Source of the DNA: the human T2T-CHM13v2.0 reference genome, Homo sapiens
Assembly (NCBI RefSeq): GCF_009914755.1
Contig: NC_060935.1
Length of the DNA: 64,000 bases
Reading direction: 5' to 3' (one strand)
Shown here piece by piece: positions 40,490 to 54,700 of the stretch; position 1 is the stretch's first letter, and the number at the start of each line of letters is the position of its first letter. A program made the translations under genes and the position numbers. The notes beneath the pieces were generated by a model. The model did not search any database. It was given only the letters and a program-made list of their open reading frames with translations, and was not told the origin of the DNA.

Positions 40490-43400
40490 CAAGTGGATAT
40501 GTGGAACTCTGTGAAGATTTCGTTGGAAACGGGTTCATCTTCACAGAAAAACTAAACAGGAGCATTCTCAGAAACTGCTTTGTGATGTTTGTGTTCCACT
40601 TCAAGAATTGAACTTTCCTCTTGACAGAGCAGCTCTGAAACCCTCTTTTTCTAGAATCTGCAAGTGGACATTTGGAGGGCTTTGAGGCCTGTGGTGGAAA
40701 AGGAAAATCTTCACATAAAAACTAGATGGAAGCATTCTCAGAAACTACTTTGTGATGATTGCATTCGACTCACAGAGTTGAACATTCCTATAGATAGAGG
40801 AGGTTGTAAACAATCTTTTTGTAGAATCTGCGATTGGAGATTTGGAATGCTTTGAGGCCTACTGTTGTAAAGGAAATAACTTCATCTAAAAACCAAACGG
40901 AAGCATTCACAGACAATTATTAGTGATCATTGGATTGAACTAACAGAGCTGAACATTCCTTTCGATGGCGCAGTTTCCAAACACACTTTCTGTAGAATCT
41001 GCAAGTGGATATTTGGACCTCTCTGAGGATTTCGTTGGAAACGGGATAAACTTCCCAGAACTACACGGAAGCATTCTGAGAAACTTCTTTGTGATGTTTG
41101 CATTCAACTCACAGAGTTGAACCTTGCTTTCATAGTTCAGCTTTCAAACACTCTTTTTGTAGAATCTGCAAGTGGATATTTGGACCACTTTGTGGCCTTC
41201 CTTCGAAACGGGTATATCTTCACATCAAACCTAGACAGAAGCATTCTCAGAATGTTTCCTGTGATGACTGCATTCAACTCACGGAGGTGAACAATCCTGT
41301 TGATGGAGCCGTTTTGAAACTCCCTTTCTTTGGATTTTGCAAGTGGATATGTGGAACTCTGTGAAGATTTCGTTGGAAACGGGTTCATCTTCACAGAAAA
41401 ACTAAACAGGAGCATTCTCAGAAACTGCTTTGTGATGTTTGTGTTCCACTTCAGGAATTGAACTTTCCTCTTGAAAGAGCAGCTCTGAAACCCTCTTTTT
41501 CTAGAATCTGCAAGTGGACATTTGGAGGGCTTTGAGGCCTGTGGTAGAAAAGGAAAATCTTCCCATAAAAACTAGATGGAAGCATTCTCAGAAACTACTT
41601 TGTGATGATTGCATTCGACTCACAGAGTTGAACATTCCTATAGATAGAGCAGGTTGTAAACAATCTTTTTGTAGAATCTGCGATTGGAGATTTGGACTGC
41701 TTTGAGGCCTACTGTAGTAAAGGAAATAACTTCATCTAAAAACCAAACGGAGACATTCAAAGACAATTCTTAGTGATCATTGGATTGAACTAACAGAGCT
41801 AAACATTCCTTTAGATGGCGCAGTTTCCAAACTCACTCTCTGTAGAATCTGCAAGTGGATATTTGGACTTCTCTGAGGATTTCGTTGGAAACGGGATAAA
41901 CTTCCCAGAACTACACGGAAGCATTGTGAGAAACTTCTTTGTGATGTTTGCATTCAACTCACAGAGTTGAACCTTGCTTTCATAGTTCAGCTTTCAAACA
42001 CTCTTTTTATAGAATCTGCAAGTGGATATTTGGACCACTTTGTGGCCTTCCTTCGAAACGGGTATATCTTCACATCAAACCTAGACAGAAGCATTCTCAG
42101 AATGTTTCCTGTGATGACTGCATTCAACTCACAGAGGTGAACAATCCTGTTGATGGAGCCGTTTTGAAACTCCCTTTCTTTGGATTCCGCAAGTGGATAT
42201 GTGGAACTCTGTGAAGATTTCGTTGGAAACGGGTTCATCTTCACAGAAAAACTAAACAGGAGCATTCTCAGAAACTGCTTTGTGATGTTTGTGTTCCACT
42301 TCAAGAATTGAACTTTCCTCTTGACAGAGCAGCTCTGAAACCCTCTTTTTCTAGAATCTGCAAGTGGACATTTGGAGGGCTTTGAGGCCTGTGGTGGAAA
42401 AGGAAAATCTTCACATAAAAACTAGATGGAAGCATTCTCAGAAACTACTTTGTGATGATTGCATTCGACTCACAGAGTTGAACATTCCTATAGATAGAGC
42501 AGGTTGTAAACAATCTTTTTGTAGAATCTGCGATTGGAGATTTGGAATGCTTTGAGGCCTACTGTAGTAAAGGAAATAACTTCATCTAAAAACCAAACGG
42601 AAGCATTCACAGACAATGCTTAGTGATCATTGGATTGAACTAACAGAGCTGAACATTCCTTTAGATGGAGCAGTTTCCAAACACACTTTCTGTAGAATCT
42701 GCAAGTGGATATTTGGACCTCTCTGAGGATTTCGTTGGAAACGGGATAAACTTCCCAGAACTACACGGAAGCATTGTGAGAAACTTCTTTGTGATGTTTG
42801 CATTCAACTCACAGAGTTGAACCTTGCTTTCATAGTTCAGCTTTCAAACACTCTTTTTGTAGAATCTGCAAGTGGATATTTGGACCACTTTGTGGCCTTC
42901 CTTCGAAACGGGTATATCTTCACATCAAACCTAGACAGAAGCATTCTCAGAATGTTTCCTGTGATGACTGCATTCAATTCACGGAGGTGAACAATCCTGT
43001 TGATGGAGCCGTTTTGAAACTCCCTTTTTTTGGATTCTGCAAGTGGATATGTGGAACTCTGTGAAGATTTCGTTGGAAACGGGTTCATCTTCACAGAAAA
43101 ACTAAACAGGAGCATTCTCAGAAACTGCTTTGTGATGTTTGTGTTCCACTTCAAGAATTGAACTTTCCTCTTGACAGAGCAGCTCTGAAACCCTCTTTTT
43201 CTAGAATCTGCAAGTGGACATTTGGAGGGCTTTGAGGCCTGTGGTGGAAAAGGAAAATCTTCACATAAAAACTAGATGGAAGCATTCTCAGAAACTACTT
43301 TGTGATGATTGCATTCGACTCACAGAGTTGAACATTCCTATAGATAGAGGAGGTTGTAAACAATCTTTTTGTAGAATCTGCGATTGGAGATTTGGAATGC

Positions 43401-45703
43401 TTTGAGGCCTACTGTTGTAAAGGAAATAACTTCATCTAAAAACCAAACGGAAGCATTCACAGACAATTATTAGTGATCATTGGATTGAACTAACAGAGCT
43501 GAACATTCCTTTCGATGGCGCAGTTTCCAAACACACTTTCTGTAGAATCTGCAAGTGGATATTTGGACCTCTCTGAGGATTTCGTTGGAAACGGGATAAA
43601 CTTCCCAGAACTACACGGAAGCATTCTGAGAAACTTCTTTGTGATGTTTGCATTCAACTCACAGAGTTGAACCTTGCTTTCATAGTTCAGCTTTCAAACA
43701 CTCTTTTTGTAGAATCTGCAAGTGGATATTTGGACCACTTTGTGGCCTTCCTTCGAAACGGGTATATCTTCACATCAAACCTAGACAGAAGCATTCTCAG
43801 AATGTTTCCTGTGATGACTGCATTCAACTCACGGAGGTGAACAATCCTGTTGATGGAGCCGTTTTGAAACTCCCTTTCTTTGGATTTTGCAAGTGGATAT
43901 GTGGAACTCTGTGAAGATTTCGTTGGAAACGGGTTCATCTTCACAGAAAAACTAAACAGGAGCATTCTCAGAAACTGCTTTGTGATGTTTGTGTTCCACT
44001 TCAGGAATTGAACTTTCCTCTTGAAAGAGCAGCTCTGAAACCCTCTTTTTCTAGAATCTGCAAGTGGACATTTGGAGGGCTTTGAGGCCTGTGGTAGAAA
44101 AGGAAAATCTTCCCATAAAAACTAGATGGAAGCATTCTCAGAAACTACTTTGTGATGATTGCATTCGACTCACAGAGTTGAACATTCCTATAGATAGAGC
44201 AGGTTGTAAACAATCTTTTTGTAGAATCTGCGATTGGAGATTTGGACTGCTTTGAGGCCTACTGTAGTAAAGGAAATAACTTCATCTAAAAACCAAACGG
44301 AGACATTCAAAGACAATTCTTAGTGATCATTGGATTGAACTAACAGAGCTAAACATTCCTTTAGATGGCGCAGTTTCCAAACTCACTCTCTGTAGAATCT
44401 GCAAGTGGATATTTGGACTTCTCTGAGGATTTCGTTGGAAACGGGATAAACTTCCCAGAACTACACGGAAGCATTGTGAGAAACTTCTTTGTGATGTTTG
44501 CATTCAACTCACAGAGTTGAACCTTGCTTTCATAGTTCAGCTTTCAAACACTCTTTTTATAGAATCTGCAAGTGGATATTTGGACCACTTTGTGGCCTTC
44601 CTTCGAAACGGGTATATCTTCACATCAAACCTAGACAGAAGCATTCTCAGAATGTTTCCTGTGATGACTGCATTCAACTCACAGAGGTGAACAATCCTGT
44701 TGATGGAGCCGTTTTGAAACTCCCTTTCTTTGGATTCCGCAAGTGGATATGTGGAACTCTGTGAAGATTTCGTTGGAAACGGGTTCATCTTCACAGAAAA
44801 ACTAAACAGGAGCATTCTCAGAAACTGCTTTGTGATGTTTGTGTTCCACTTCAAGAATTGAACTTTCCTCTTGACAGAGCAGCTCTGAAACCCTCTTTTT
44901 CTAGAATCTGCAAGTGGACATTTGGAGGGCTTTGAGGCCTGTGGTGGAAAAGGAAAATCTTCACATAAAAACTAGATGGAAGCATTCTCAGAAACTACTT
45001 TGTGATGATTGCATTCGACTCACAGAGTTGAACATTCCTATAGATAGAGCAGGTTGTAAACAATCTTTTTGTAGAATCTGCGATTGGAGATTTGGAATGC
45101 TTTGAGGCCTACTGTAGTAAAGGAAATAACTTCATCTAAAAACCAAACGGAAGCATTCACAGACAATGCTTAGTGATCATTGGATTGAACTAACAGAGCT
45201 GAACATTCCTTTAGATGGAGCAGTTTCCAAACACACTTTCTGTAGAATCTGCAAGTGGATATTTGGACCTCTCTGAGGATTTCGTTGGAAACGGGATAAA
45301 CTTCCCAGAACTACACGGAAGCATTGTGAGAAACTTCTTTGTGATGTTTGCATTCAACTCACAGAGTTGAACCTTGCTTTCATAGTTCAGCTTTCAAACA
45401 CTCTTTTTGTAGAATCTGCAAGTGGATATTTGGACCACTTTGTGGCCTTCCTTCGAAACGGGTATATCTTCACATCAAACCTAGACAGAAGCATTCTCAG
45501 AATGTTTCCTGTGATGACTGCATTCAATTCACGGAGGTGAACAATCCTGTTGATGGAGCCGTTTTGAAACTCCCTTTTTTTGGATTCTGCAAGTGGATAT
45601 GTGGAACTCTGTGAAGATTTCGTTGGAAACGGGTTCATCTTCACAGAAAAACTAAACAGGAGCATTCTCAGAAACTGCTTTGTGATGTTTGTGTTCCACT
45701 TCA
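40490..45703 (+). repeat. Near-perfect tandem duplication with 2550-bp (3-HOR) period
   Basis: Private variants repeat at +2550: AGAGGAGG 40800/43350, ACTGTTG 40866/43416, TTCGATGG 40963/43513, GATTTTGC 41338/43888, GTGGTAG 41546/44096, CAATTC 42978/45528, CCCTTTTTT 43028/45578. Confidence 0.92.
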
Positions 45704-48700
45704 GGAATTGAACTTTCCTCTTGAAAGAGCAGCTCTGAAACCCTCTTTTTCTAGAATCTGCAAGTGGACATTTGGAGGGCTTTGAGGCCTGTGGTGGAAA
45801 AGGAAAATCTTCCCATAAAAACTAGATGGAAGCATTCTCAGAAACTACTTTGTGATGTTTGCATTCGACTCACAGAGTTGAACATTCCTATAGATAGAGC
45901 AGGTTGTAAACAATCTTTTTGTAGAATCTGCGATTGGAGATTTGGACTGCTTTGAGGCCTACTGTAGTAAAGGAAATAACTTCATCTAAAAACCAAACGG
46001 AGACATTCAAAGACAATTCTTAATGATCATTGGATTGAACTAACAGAGCTAAAAATTCCTTTAGATGGCGCAGTTTCCAAACTCACTCTCTGTAGAATCT
46101 GCAAGTGGATATTTGGACCTCTCTGAGGATTTCGTTCGAAACGGGATAAACTTCCCAGAACTACACGGAAGCATTGTGAGAAACTTCTTTGTGATATTTG
46201 CATTCAACTCACAGAGTTGAACCTTGCTTTCATAGTTCAGCTTTCAAACACTCTTTTTATAGAATCTGCAAGTGGATATTTGGACCACTTTGTGGCCTTC
46301 CTTCGAAACGGGTATATCTTCACATCAAACCTAGACAGAAGCATTCTCAGAATGTTTCCTGTGATGACTGCATTCAACTCACAGAGGTGAACAATCCTGT
46401 TGATGGAGCCGTTTTGAAACTCCCTTTCTTTGGATTCCGCAAGTGGATATGTGGAACTCTGTGAAGATTTCGTTGGAAACGGGTTCATCTTCACAGAAAA
46501 ACTAAACAGGAGCATTCTCAGAAACTGCTTTGTGATGTTTGTGTTCCACTTCAAGAATTGAACTTTCCTCTTGACAGAGCAGCTCTGAAACCCTCTTTTT
46601 CTAGAATCTGCAAGTGGACATTTGGAGGGCTTTGAGGCCTGTGGTGGAAAAGGAAAATCTTCACATAAAAACTAGATGGAAGCATTCTCAGAAACTACTT
46701 TGTGATGATTGCATTCGACTCACAGAGTTGAACATTCCTATAGATAGAGCAGGTTGTAAACAATCTTTTTGTAGAATCTGCGATTGGAGATTTGGAATGC
46801 TTTGAGGCCTACTGTAGTAAAGGAAATAACTTCATCTAAAAACCAAACGGAAGCATTCAAAGACAATTCTTAGTGATCATTGGATTGAACTAACAGAGCT
46901 GAACATTCCTTTAGATGGAGCAGTTTCCAAACACACTTTCTGTAGAATCTGCAAGTGGATATTTGGACCTCTCTGAGGATTTCGTTGGAAACGGGATAAA
47001 CTTCCCAGAACTACACGGAAGCATTCTGAGAAACTTCTTTGTGATGTTTGCATTCAAGTAACAGAGTTGAACCTTGCTTTCATATTTCAGGTTTCAAACA
47101 CTCTTTTTGTAGAATCTGCAAGTGGATATTTGGACCACTTTGTGGCCTTCCTTCGAAACGGGTTTATCTTCACATCAAACCTAGACAGAAGCATTCTCAG
47201 AATGTTTCCTGTGATGACTGCATTCAACTCACAGAGGTGAACAATCCTGTTGATGGAGCCGTTTTGAAACTCCCTTTCTTTGGATTCTGCAAGTGGATAT
47301 GTGGAACTCTGTGAAGATTTCGTTGGAAACGGGTTCATCTTCACAGAAAAACTAAACAGGAGCATTCTCAGAAACTGCTTTGTGATGTTTGTGTTCCACT
47401 TCAGGAATTGAACTTTCCTCTTGACAGAGCAGCTCTGAAACCCTCTTTTTCTAGAATCTGCAAGTGGACATTTGGAGGGCTTTGCGGCCTGTGGTGGAAA
47501 AGGAAAATCTTCCCATAAAAATTAGATGGAAGCATTCTCAGAAACTACTTTGTGATGATTGCATTCGACTCACAGAGTTGAACATTCCTATAGATAGAGC
47601 AGGTTGTAAACAATCTTTTTGTAGAATCTGCGATTGGAGATTTGGACTGCTTTGAGGCCTACTGTAGTAAAGGAAATAACTTCATCTAAAAACCAAACGG
47701 AAGCATTCACAGACAATGCTTAGTGATCATTGGATTGAAGTAACAGAGCTGAACATTCCTTTAGATGGCGCAGTTTCCAAACACACTTTCTGTAGAATCT
47801 GCAAGTGGATATTTGGACCTCTCTGAGGATTTCGTTGGAAACGGGATAAACTTCCCAGAACTACACGGAAGCATTCTGAGAAACTTCTTTGTGATGTTTG
47901 CATTCAACTCACAGAGTTGAACCTTGCTTTCATAGTTCAGCTTTCAAACACTCTTTTTGTAGAATCTGCAAGTGGATATTTGGACCACTTTGTGGCCTTC
48001 CTTCGAAACGGGTATATCTTCACATCAAACCTAGACAGAAGCATTCTCAGAATGTTTCCTGTGATGACTGCTTTCAACTCACAGAGGTGAACAATCCTGC
48101 TGATGGAGCAGTTTTGAAACTCTCTTTCTTTGGATTCTGCAAGTGGATATGTGGACCTCTGTGAAGATTTCGTTGGAAACGGGTTCATCTTCACAGAAAA
48201 ACTAAACAGGAGCATTCTCAGAAACTGCTTTGTGATGTTTGTGTTCCACTTCAGGAATTGAACTTTCCTCTTGATAGAGCAGCTCTGAAACCCTCTTTTT
48301 CTAGGATCTGCAAGTGGACATTTGGAGGGCTTTGAGGCCTGTGGTGGAAAAGGAAAATCTTCACATAAAAACTAGATGGAAGCATTCTCAGAAACTACTT
48401 TGTGATGATTGCATTCGACTCACAGAGTTGAACATTCCTATAGATAGAGCAGGTTGTAAACAATCTTTTTGTAGAATCTGCGATTGGAGATTTGGACTGC
48501 TTTGAGGCCTACTGTAGTAAAGGAAATAACTTCATCTAAAAACCAAACGGAAGCATTCACAGACAATTCTTAGTGATCATTGGATTGAACTAACAGAGCT
48601 GAACATTCCTTTAGATGGAGCAGTTTCCAAACACACTTTCTGTAGAATCTGCAAGTGGATATTTGGACTTCTCTGAGGATTTCGTTGGAAACGGGATAAA

Positions 48701-51700
48701 CTTCCCAGAACTACACGGAAGCATTCTGAGAAACTTCTTTGTGATGTTTGCATTCAACTCACAGAGTTGAACCTTGCTTTCATAGTTCAGCTTTCAAACA
48801 CTCTTTTTGTAGAATCTGCAAGTGGATATTTGGACACTTTGTGGCCTTCCTTCGAAACGGGTATATCTTCACATCAAACCTAGACAGAAGCATTCTCAGA
48901 ATGTTTCCTGTGATGACTGCATTCAACTCACAGAGGTGAACAATCCTGCTGATGGAGCAGTGTTGAAACTCTCTTTCTTTGGATTCTGCAAGTGGATATG
49001 TGGACCTCTGTGAAGATTTCGTTGGAAACGGGTTCATCTTCACAGAAAAACTAAACAGGAGCATTCTCAGAAACTGCTTTGTGATGTTTGTGTTCCACTT
49101 CAGGAATTGAACTTTCCTCTTGATAGAGCAGCTCTGAAACTCTCTTTTTCTAGAATCTGCAAGTGGACATTTGGAGGGCTTTGAGGCCTGTGGTGGAAAA
49201 GGAAAATCTTCACATAAAAACTAGATGGAAGCATTCTCAGAAACTACTTTGTGATGATTGCATTCGACTCACAGAGTTGAACATTCCTATAGATAGAGCA
49301 GGTTGTAAACAATCTTTTTGTAGAATCTGCGATTGGAGATTTGGACTGCTTTGAGGCCTACTGTAGTAAAGGAAATAACTTCATCTAAAAACCAAACGGA
49401 AGCATTCAAAGACAATTCCTAGTGATCATTGGATTGAACTAACAGAGCTGAACATTCCTTTAGATGGCGCAGTTTCCAAACACACTTTCTGTAGAATCTG
49501 CAAGTGGATATTTGGACCTCTCTGAGGATTTCGTTGGAAACGGGATAAACTTCCCAGAACTACACGGAAGCATTCTGAGAAACTTCTTTGTGATGTTTGC
49601 ATTCAACTCACAGAGTTGAACCTTGCTTTCATAGTTCAGCTTTCAAACACTCTTATTGTAGAATCTGCAAGTGGATATTTGGACCACTTTGTGGCCTTCC
49701 TTCGAAACGGGTATATCTTCACATCAAACCTAGACAGAAGCATTCTCAGAATGTTTCCTGTGATGACTGCATTCAACTCACAGAGGTGAACAATCCTGTT
49801 GATGGAGCAGTTTTGAAACTCTCTTTCTTTGGATTCTGCAAGTGGATATGTGGACCTCTGTGAAGATTTCGTTGGAACCGGGTTCATCTTCACAGAAAAA
49901 CTAAACAGAAGCATTCTCAGAAACTGCTTTGTGATGTTTGTGTTCCACTTCAAGAAATGAACTTTCCTCTTGACAGAGCAGCTCTGAAACCCTCTTTTTC
50001 TAGAATCAGCAAGTGGACATTTGGAGGGCTTTGAGGCCTGTGGTGGAAAAGGAAAATCTTCACATAAATACTAGATGGAAGCATTCTCAGAAACTACTTT
50101 GTGATGATTGCATTCAACTCACAGAGTTGAACATTCCTATAGATAGAGCAGGTTGTAAACAATCTTTTTGTAGAATCTGCGATTGGAGATTTGGACTGCT
50201 TTGAGGCCTACTGTAGTAAAGGAAATAACTTCATCTAAAAACCAAACGGAAGCATTCACAGACAATTCTTAGTGATCATTGCATTGAACTAACAGAGCTG
50301 AACATTCCTTTAGATGGCGCAGTTTCCAAACACACTTTCTGTAGAATCTGCAAGTGGATATTTGGACCTCTCTGAGGATTTCGTTGGAAACGGGATAAAC
50401 TTCCCAGAACTACACGGAAGCATTCTGAGAAACTTCTTTGTGATGTTTGCATTCAACTCACAGAGTTGAACCTTGCTTTGATAGTTCAGCTTTCAAACAC
50501 TCTTTTTGTAGAATCTGCAAGTGGATATTTGGACCACTTTGTGGCCTTCCTTCGAAACGGGTATATCTTCACATCAAACCTAGACAGAAGCATTCTCAGA
50601 ATGTTTCCTGTGATGACTGCATTCAACTCACAGAGGTGAACAATCCTGTTGATGGAGCAGTTTTGAAACTCTCTTTCTTTGGATTCTGCAAGTGGATATG
50701 TGGACCTCTGTGAAGATTTCGTTGGAAACGGGTTCATCTTCACAGAAAAACTAACCAGGAGCATTCTCAGAAACTGCTTTGTGATGTTTGTGTTCCACTT
50801 CAGGAATTGAACTTTCCTCTTGACAGAGCAGCTCTGAAACCCTCTTTTTCCAGAATCTGCAAGTGGACATTTGGAGGGCTTTGAGGCCTGTGGTGGAAAA
50901 GGAAAATCTTCACATAAAAACTAGATGGAAGCATTCTCAGAAACTACTTTGTGATGATTGCATTCGACTCACAGAGTTGAACATTCCTATAGATAGAGCA
51001 GGTTGTAAACAATCTTTTTGTAGAATCTGCGATTGGAGATTTGGACTGCTTTGAGGCCTACTGTAGCAAAGGAAATAACTTCATCTAAAAACCAAACGGA
51101 AGCATTCAAAGACAATTCTTAGTGATCATTGGATTGAAGTAACAGAGCTGAACATTCCTTTAGATGGCGCAGTTTCCAAACACACTTTCTGTAGAATCTC
51201 CAAGTGGATATTTGGACCTCTCTGAGGATTTCGTTGGAAACGGGATAAACTTCCCAGAACTACACGGAAGCATTCTGAGAAACTTCTTTGTGATGTTTGC
51301 ATTCAACTCACAGAGTTGAACCTTGCTTTCATAGTTCAGCTTTCAAACACTCTTTTTGTAGAATCTGCAAGTGGATATTTGGACCACTTTGTGGCCTTCC
51401 TTCGAAACGGGTATATCTTCACATCAAACCTAGACAGAAGCATTCTCAGAATGTTTCCTGTGATGACTGCATTCAACTCACAGAGGTGAACAATCCTGTT
51501 GATGGAGCAGTTTTGAAACTCTCTTTCTTTGGATTCTGCAAGTGGATATGTGGACCTCTGTGAAGATTTCGTTGGAAACGGGTTCATCTTCACAGAAAAA
51601 CTAAACAGGAGCATTCTCAGAAACTGCTTTGTGATGTTTGTGTTCCACTTCAGGAATTGAACTTTCCTCTTGACAGAGCAGCTCTGAAACCCTCTTTTTC

Positions 51701-54700
51701 CAGAATCTGCAAGTGGACATTTGGAGGGCTTTGAGGCCTGTGGTGGAAAAGGAAAATCTTCACATAAAAACTAGATGGAAGCATTCTCAGAAACTACTTT
51801 GTGATGATTGCATTCGACTCACAGAGTTGAACATTCCTATAGATAGAGCAGGTTGTAAACAATCTTTTTGTAGAATCTGCGATTGGAGATTTGGACTGCT
51901 TTGAGGCCTACTGTAGTAAAGGAAATAACTTCATCTAAAAACCAAACGGAAGCATTCACAGACAATTCTTAGTGATCATTGGATTGAACTAACAGAGCTG
52001 AACATTCCTTTCGATGGAGCAGTTTCCAAACACACTTTCTGTAGAATCTGCAAGTGGATATTTAGACTTCTCTGAGGATTTCGTTGGAAACGGGATAAAC
52101 TTCCCAGAACTACACGGAAGCATTCTGAGAAACTTCTTTGTGATGTTTGCATTCAACTCACAGAGTTGAACCTTGTTTCATAGTTCAGCTTTCAAACACT
52201 CTTTTTGTAGAATCTGCAAGTGGATATTTGGACCAGTTTGTGGCCTTCCTTCGAAACGGGTATTTCTTCAAATCAAACCTAGACAGAAGCATTCTCAGAA
52301 TGTTTCCTGTGATGACTGCATTCAACTCACAGAGGTGAACAATCCTGTTGATGGAGCAGTTTTGAAACTCTCTTTCTTTGGATTCTGCAAGTGGATATGT
52401 GGACCTCTGTGAAGATTTCGTTGGAAACGGGTTCATCTTCACAGAAAAACTAAACAGAAGCATTCTCAGAAACTGCTTTGTGATGTTTGTGTTCCACTTC
52501 AAGAATTGAACTTTCCTCTTGACAGAGCAGCTCTGAAACCCTCTTTTTCTAGAATCTGCAAGTGGACATTTGGAGGGCTTTGAGGCCTGTGGTGGAAAAG
52601 GAAAATCTTCACATAAAAACTAGATGGAAGCATTCTCAGAAACTACTTTGTGATGATTGCATTCGACTCACAGAGTTGAACATTCCTATAGATAGAGCAG
52701 GTTGTAAACAATCTTTTTGTAGAATCTGCGATTGGAGATTTGGACTGCTTTGAGGCCTACTGTAGTAAAGGAAATAACTTCATCTAAAAACCAAACGGAA
52801 GCATTCACAGACAATGCTTAGTGATCATTGGATTGAACTAACAGAGCTGAACATTCCTTTAGATGGAGCAGTTTCCAAACACACTTTCTGTAGAATCTGC
52901 AAGTGGATATTTGGACCTCTCTGAGGATTTCGTTGGAAACGGGATAAACTTCCCAGAACTACACGGAAGCATTCTGAGAAACTTCTTTGTGATGTTTGCA
53001 TTCAACTCACAGAGTTGAACCTTGCTTTCATAGTTCAGCTTTCAAACACTCTTTTTGTAGAATCTGCATGTGGATATTTGGACCACTTTGTGGCCTTCCT
53101 TCGAAACGGGTATATCTTCACATCAAACCTAGACAGAAGCATTCTCAGAATGTTTCCTGTGATGACTGCTTTCAACTCACAGAGGTGAACAATCCTGCTG
53201 ATGGAGCAGTTTTGAAACTCTCTTTCTTTGGATTCTGCAAGTGGATATGTGGACCTCTGTGAAGATTTCGTTGGAAACGGGTTCACCTTCACAGAAAAAC
53301 TAAACAGGAGCATTCTCAGAAACTGCTTTGTGATGTTTGTGTTCCACTTCAGGAATTGAACTTTCCTCTTGACAGAGCAGCTCTGAAACCCTCTTTTTCC
53401 AGAATCTGCAAGTGGACATTTGGAGGGCTTTGAGGCCTGTGGTGGAAAAGGAAAATCTTCACATAAAAACTAGATGGAAGCATTCTCAGAAACTACTTTG
53501 TGATGATTGCATTCGACTCACAGAGTTGAACATTCCTATAGATAGAGCAGGTTGTAAACAATCTTTTTGTAGAATCTGCGATTGGAGATTTGGACTGCTT
53601 TGAGGCCTACTGTAGTAAAGGAAATAACTTCATCTAAAAACCAAACGGAAGCATTCAAAGACAATTCTTAGTGATCATTGGATTGAAGTAACAGAGCTGA
53701 ACATTCCTTTAGATGGCGCAGTTTCCAAACACACTTTCTGTAGAATCTGCAAGTGGATATTTGGACCTCTCTGAGGATTTCGTTGGAAACGGGATAAACT
53801 TCCCAGAACTACACGGAAGCATTCTGAGAAACTTCTTTGTGATGTTTGCATTCAACTCACAGAGTTGAACCTCGCTTTCATAGTTCAGCTTTCAAACACT
53901 CTTTTTGTAGAATCTGCAAGTGGATATTTGGACCACTTTGTGGCCTTCCTTCGAAACGGGTATATCTTCACATCAAACCTAGACAGAAGCATTCTCAGAA
54001 TGTTTCCTGTGATGACTGCATTCAACTCACAGAGGTGAACAATCCTGCTGATGGAGCAGTGTTGAAACTCTCTTTCTTTGGATTCTGCAAGTGGATATGT
54101 GGACCTCTGTGAAGATTTCGTTGGAAACGGGTTCATCTTCACAGAAAAACTAAACAGGAGCATTCTCAGAAACTGCTTTGTGATGTTTGTGTTCCACTTC
54201 AGGAATTGAACTTTCCTCTTGATAGAGCAGCTCTGAAACCCTCTTTTTCTAGGATCTGCAAGTGGACATTTGGAGGGCTTTGAGGCCTGTGGTGGAAAAG
54301 GAAAATCTTCACATAAAAACTAGATGGAAGCATTCTCAGAAACTACTTTGTGATGATTGCATTCGACTCACAGAGTTGAACATTCCTATAGATAGAGCAG
54401 GTTGTAAACAATCTTTTTGTAGAATCTGCGATTGGAGATTTGGACTGCTTTGAGGCCTACTGTAGTAAAGGAAATAACTTCATCTAAAAACCAAACGGAA
54501 GCATTCACAGACAATTCTTAGTGATCATTGGATTGAACTAACAGAGCTGAACATTCCTTTAGATGGAGCAGTTTCCAAACACACTTTCTGTAGAATCTGC
54601 AAGTGGATATTTGGACTTCTCTGAGGATTTCGTTGGAAACGGGATAAACTTCCCAGAACTACACGGAAGCATTCTGAGAAACTTCTTTGTGATGTTTGCA

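Noticed and set aside
46130-46146. Box variant TTTCGTTCGAAACGGGA resembling the degenerate middle box
   Set aside because: One substitution at a non-core position; cannot distinguish inter-monomer conversion from point mutation, and the core is intact.
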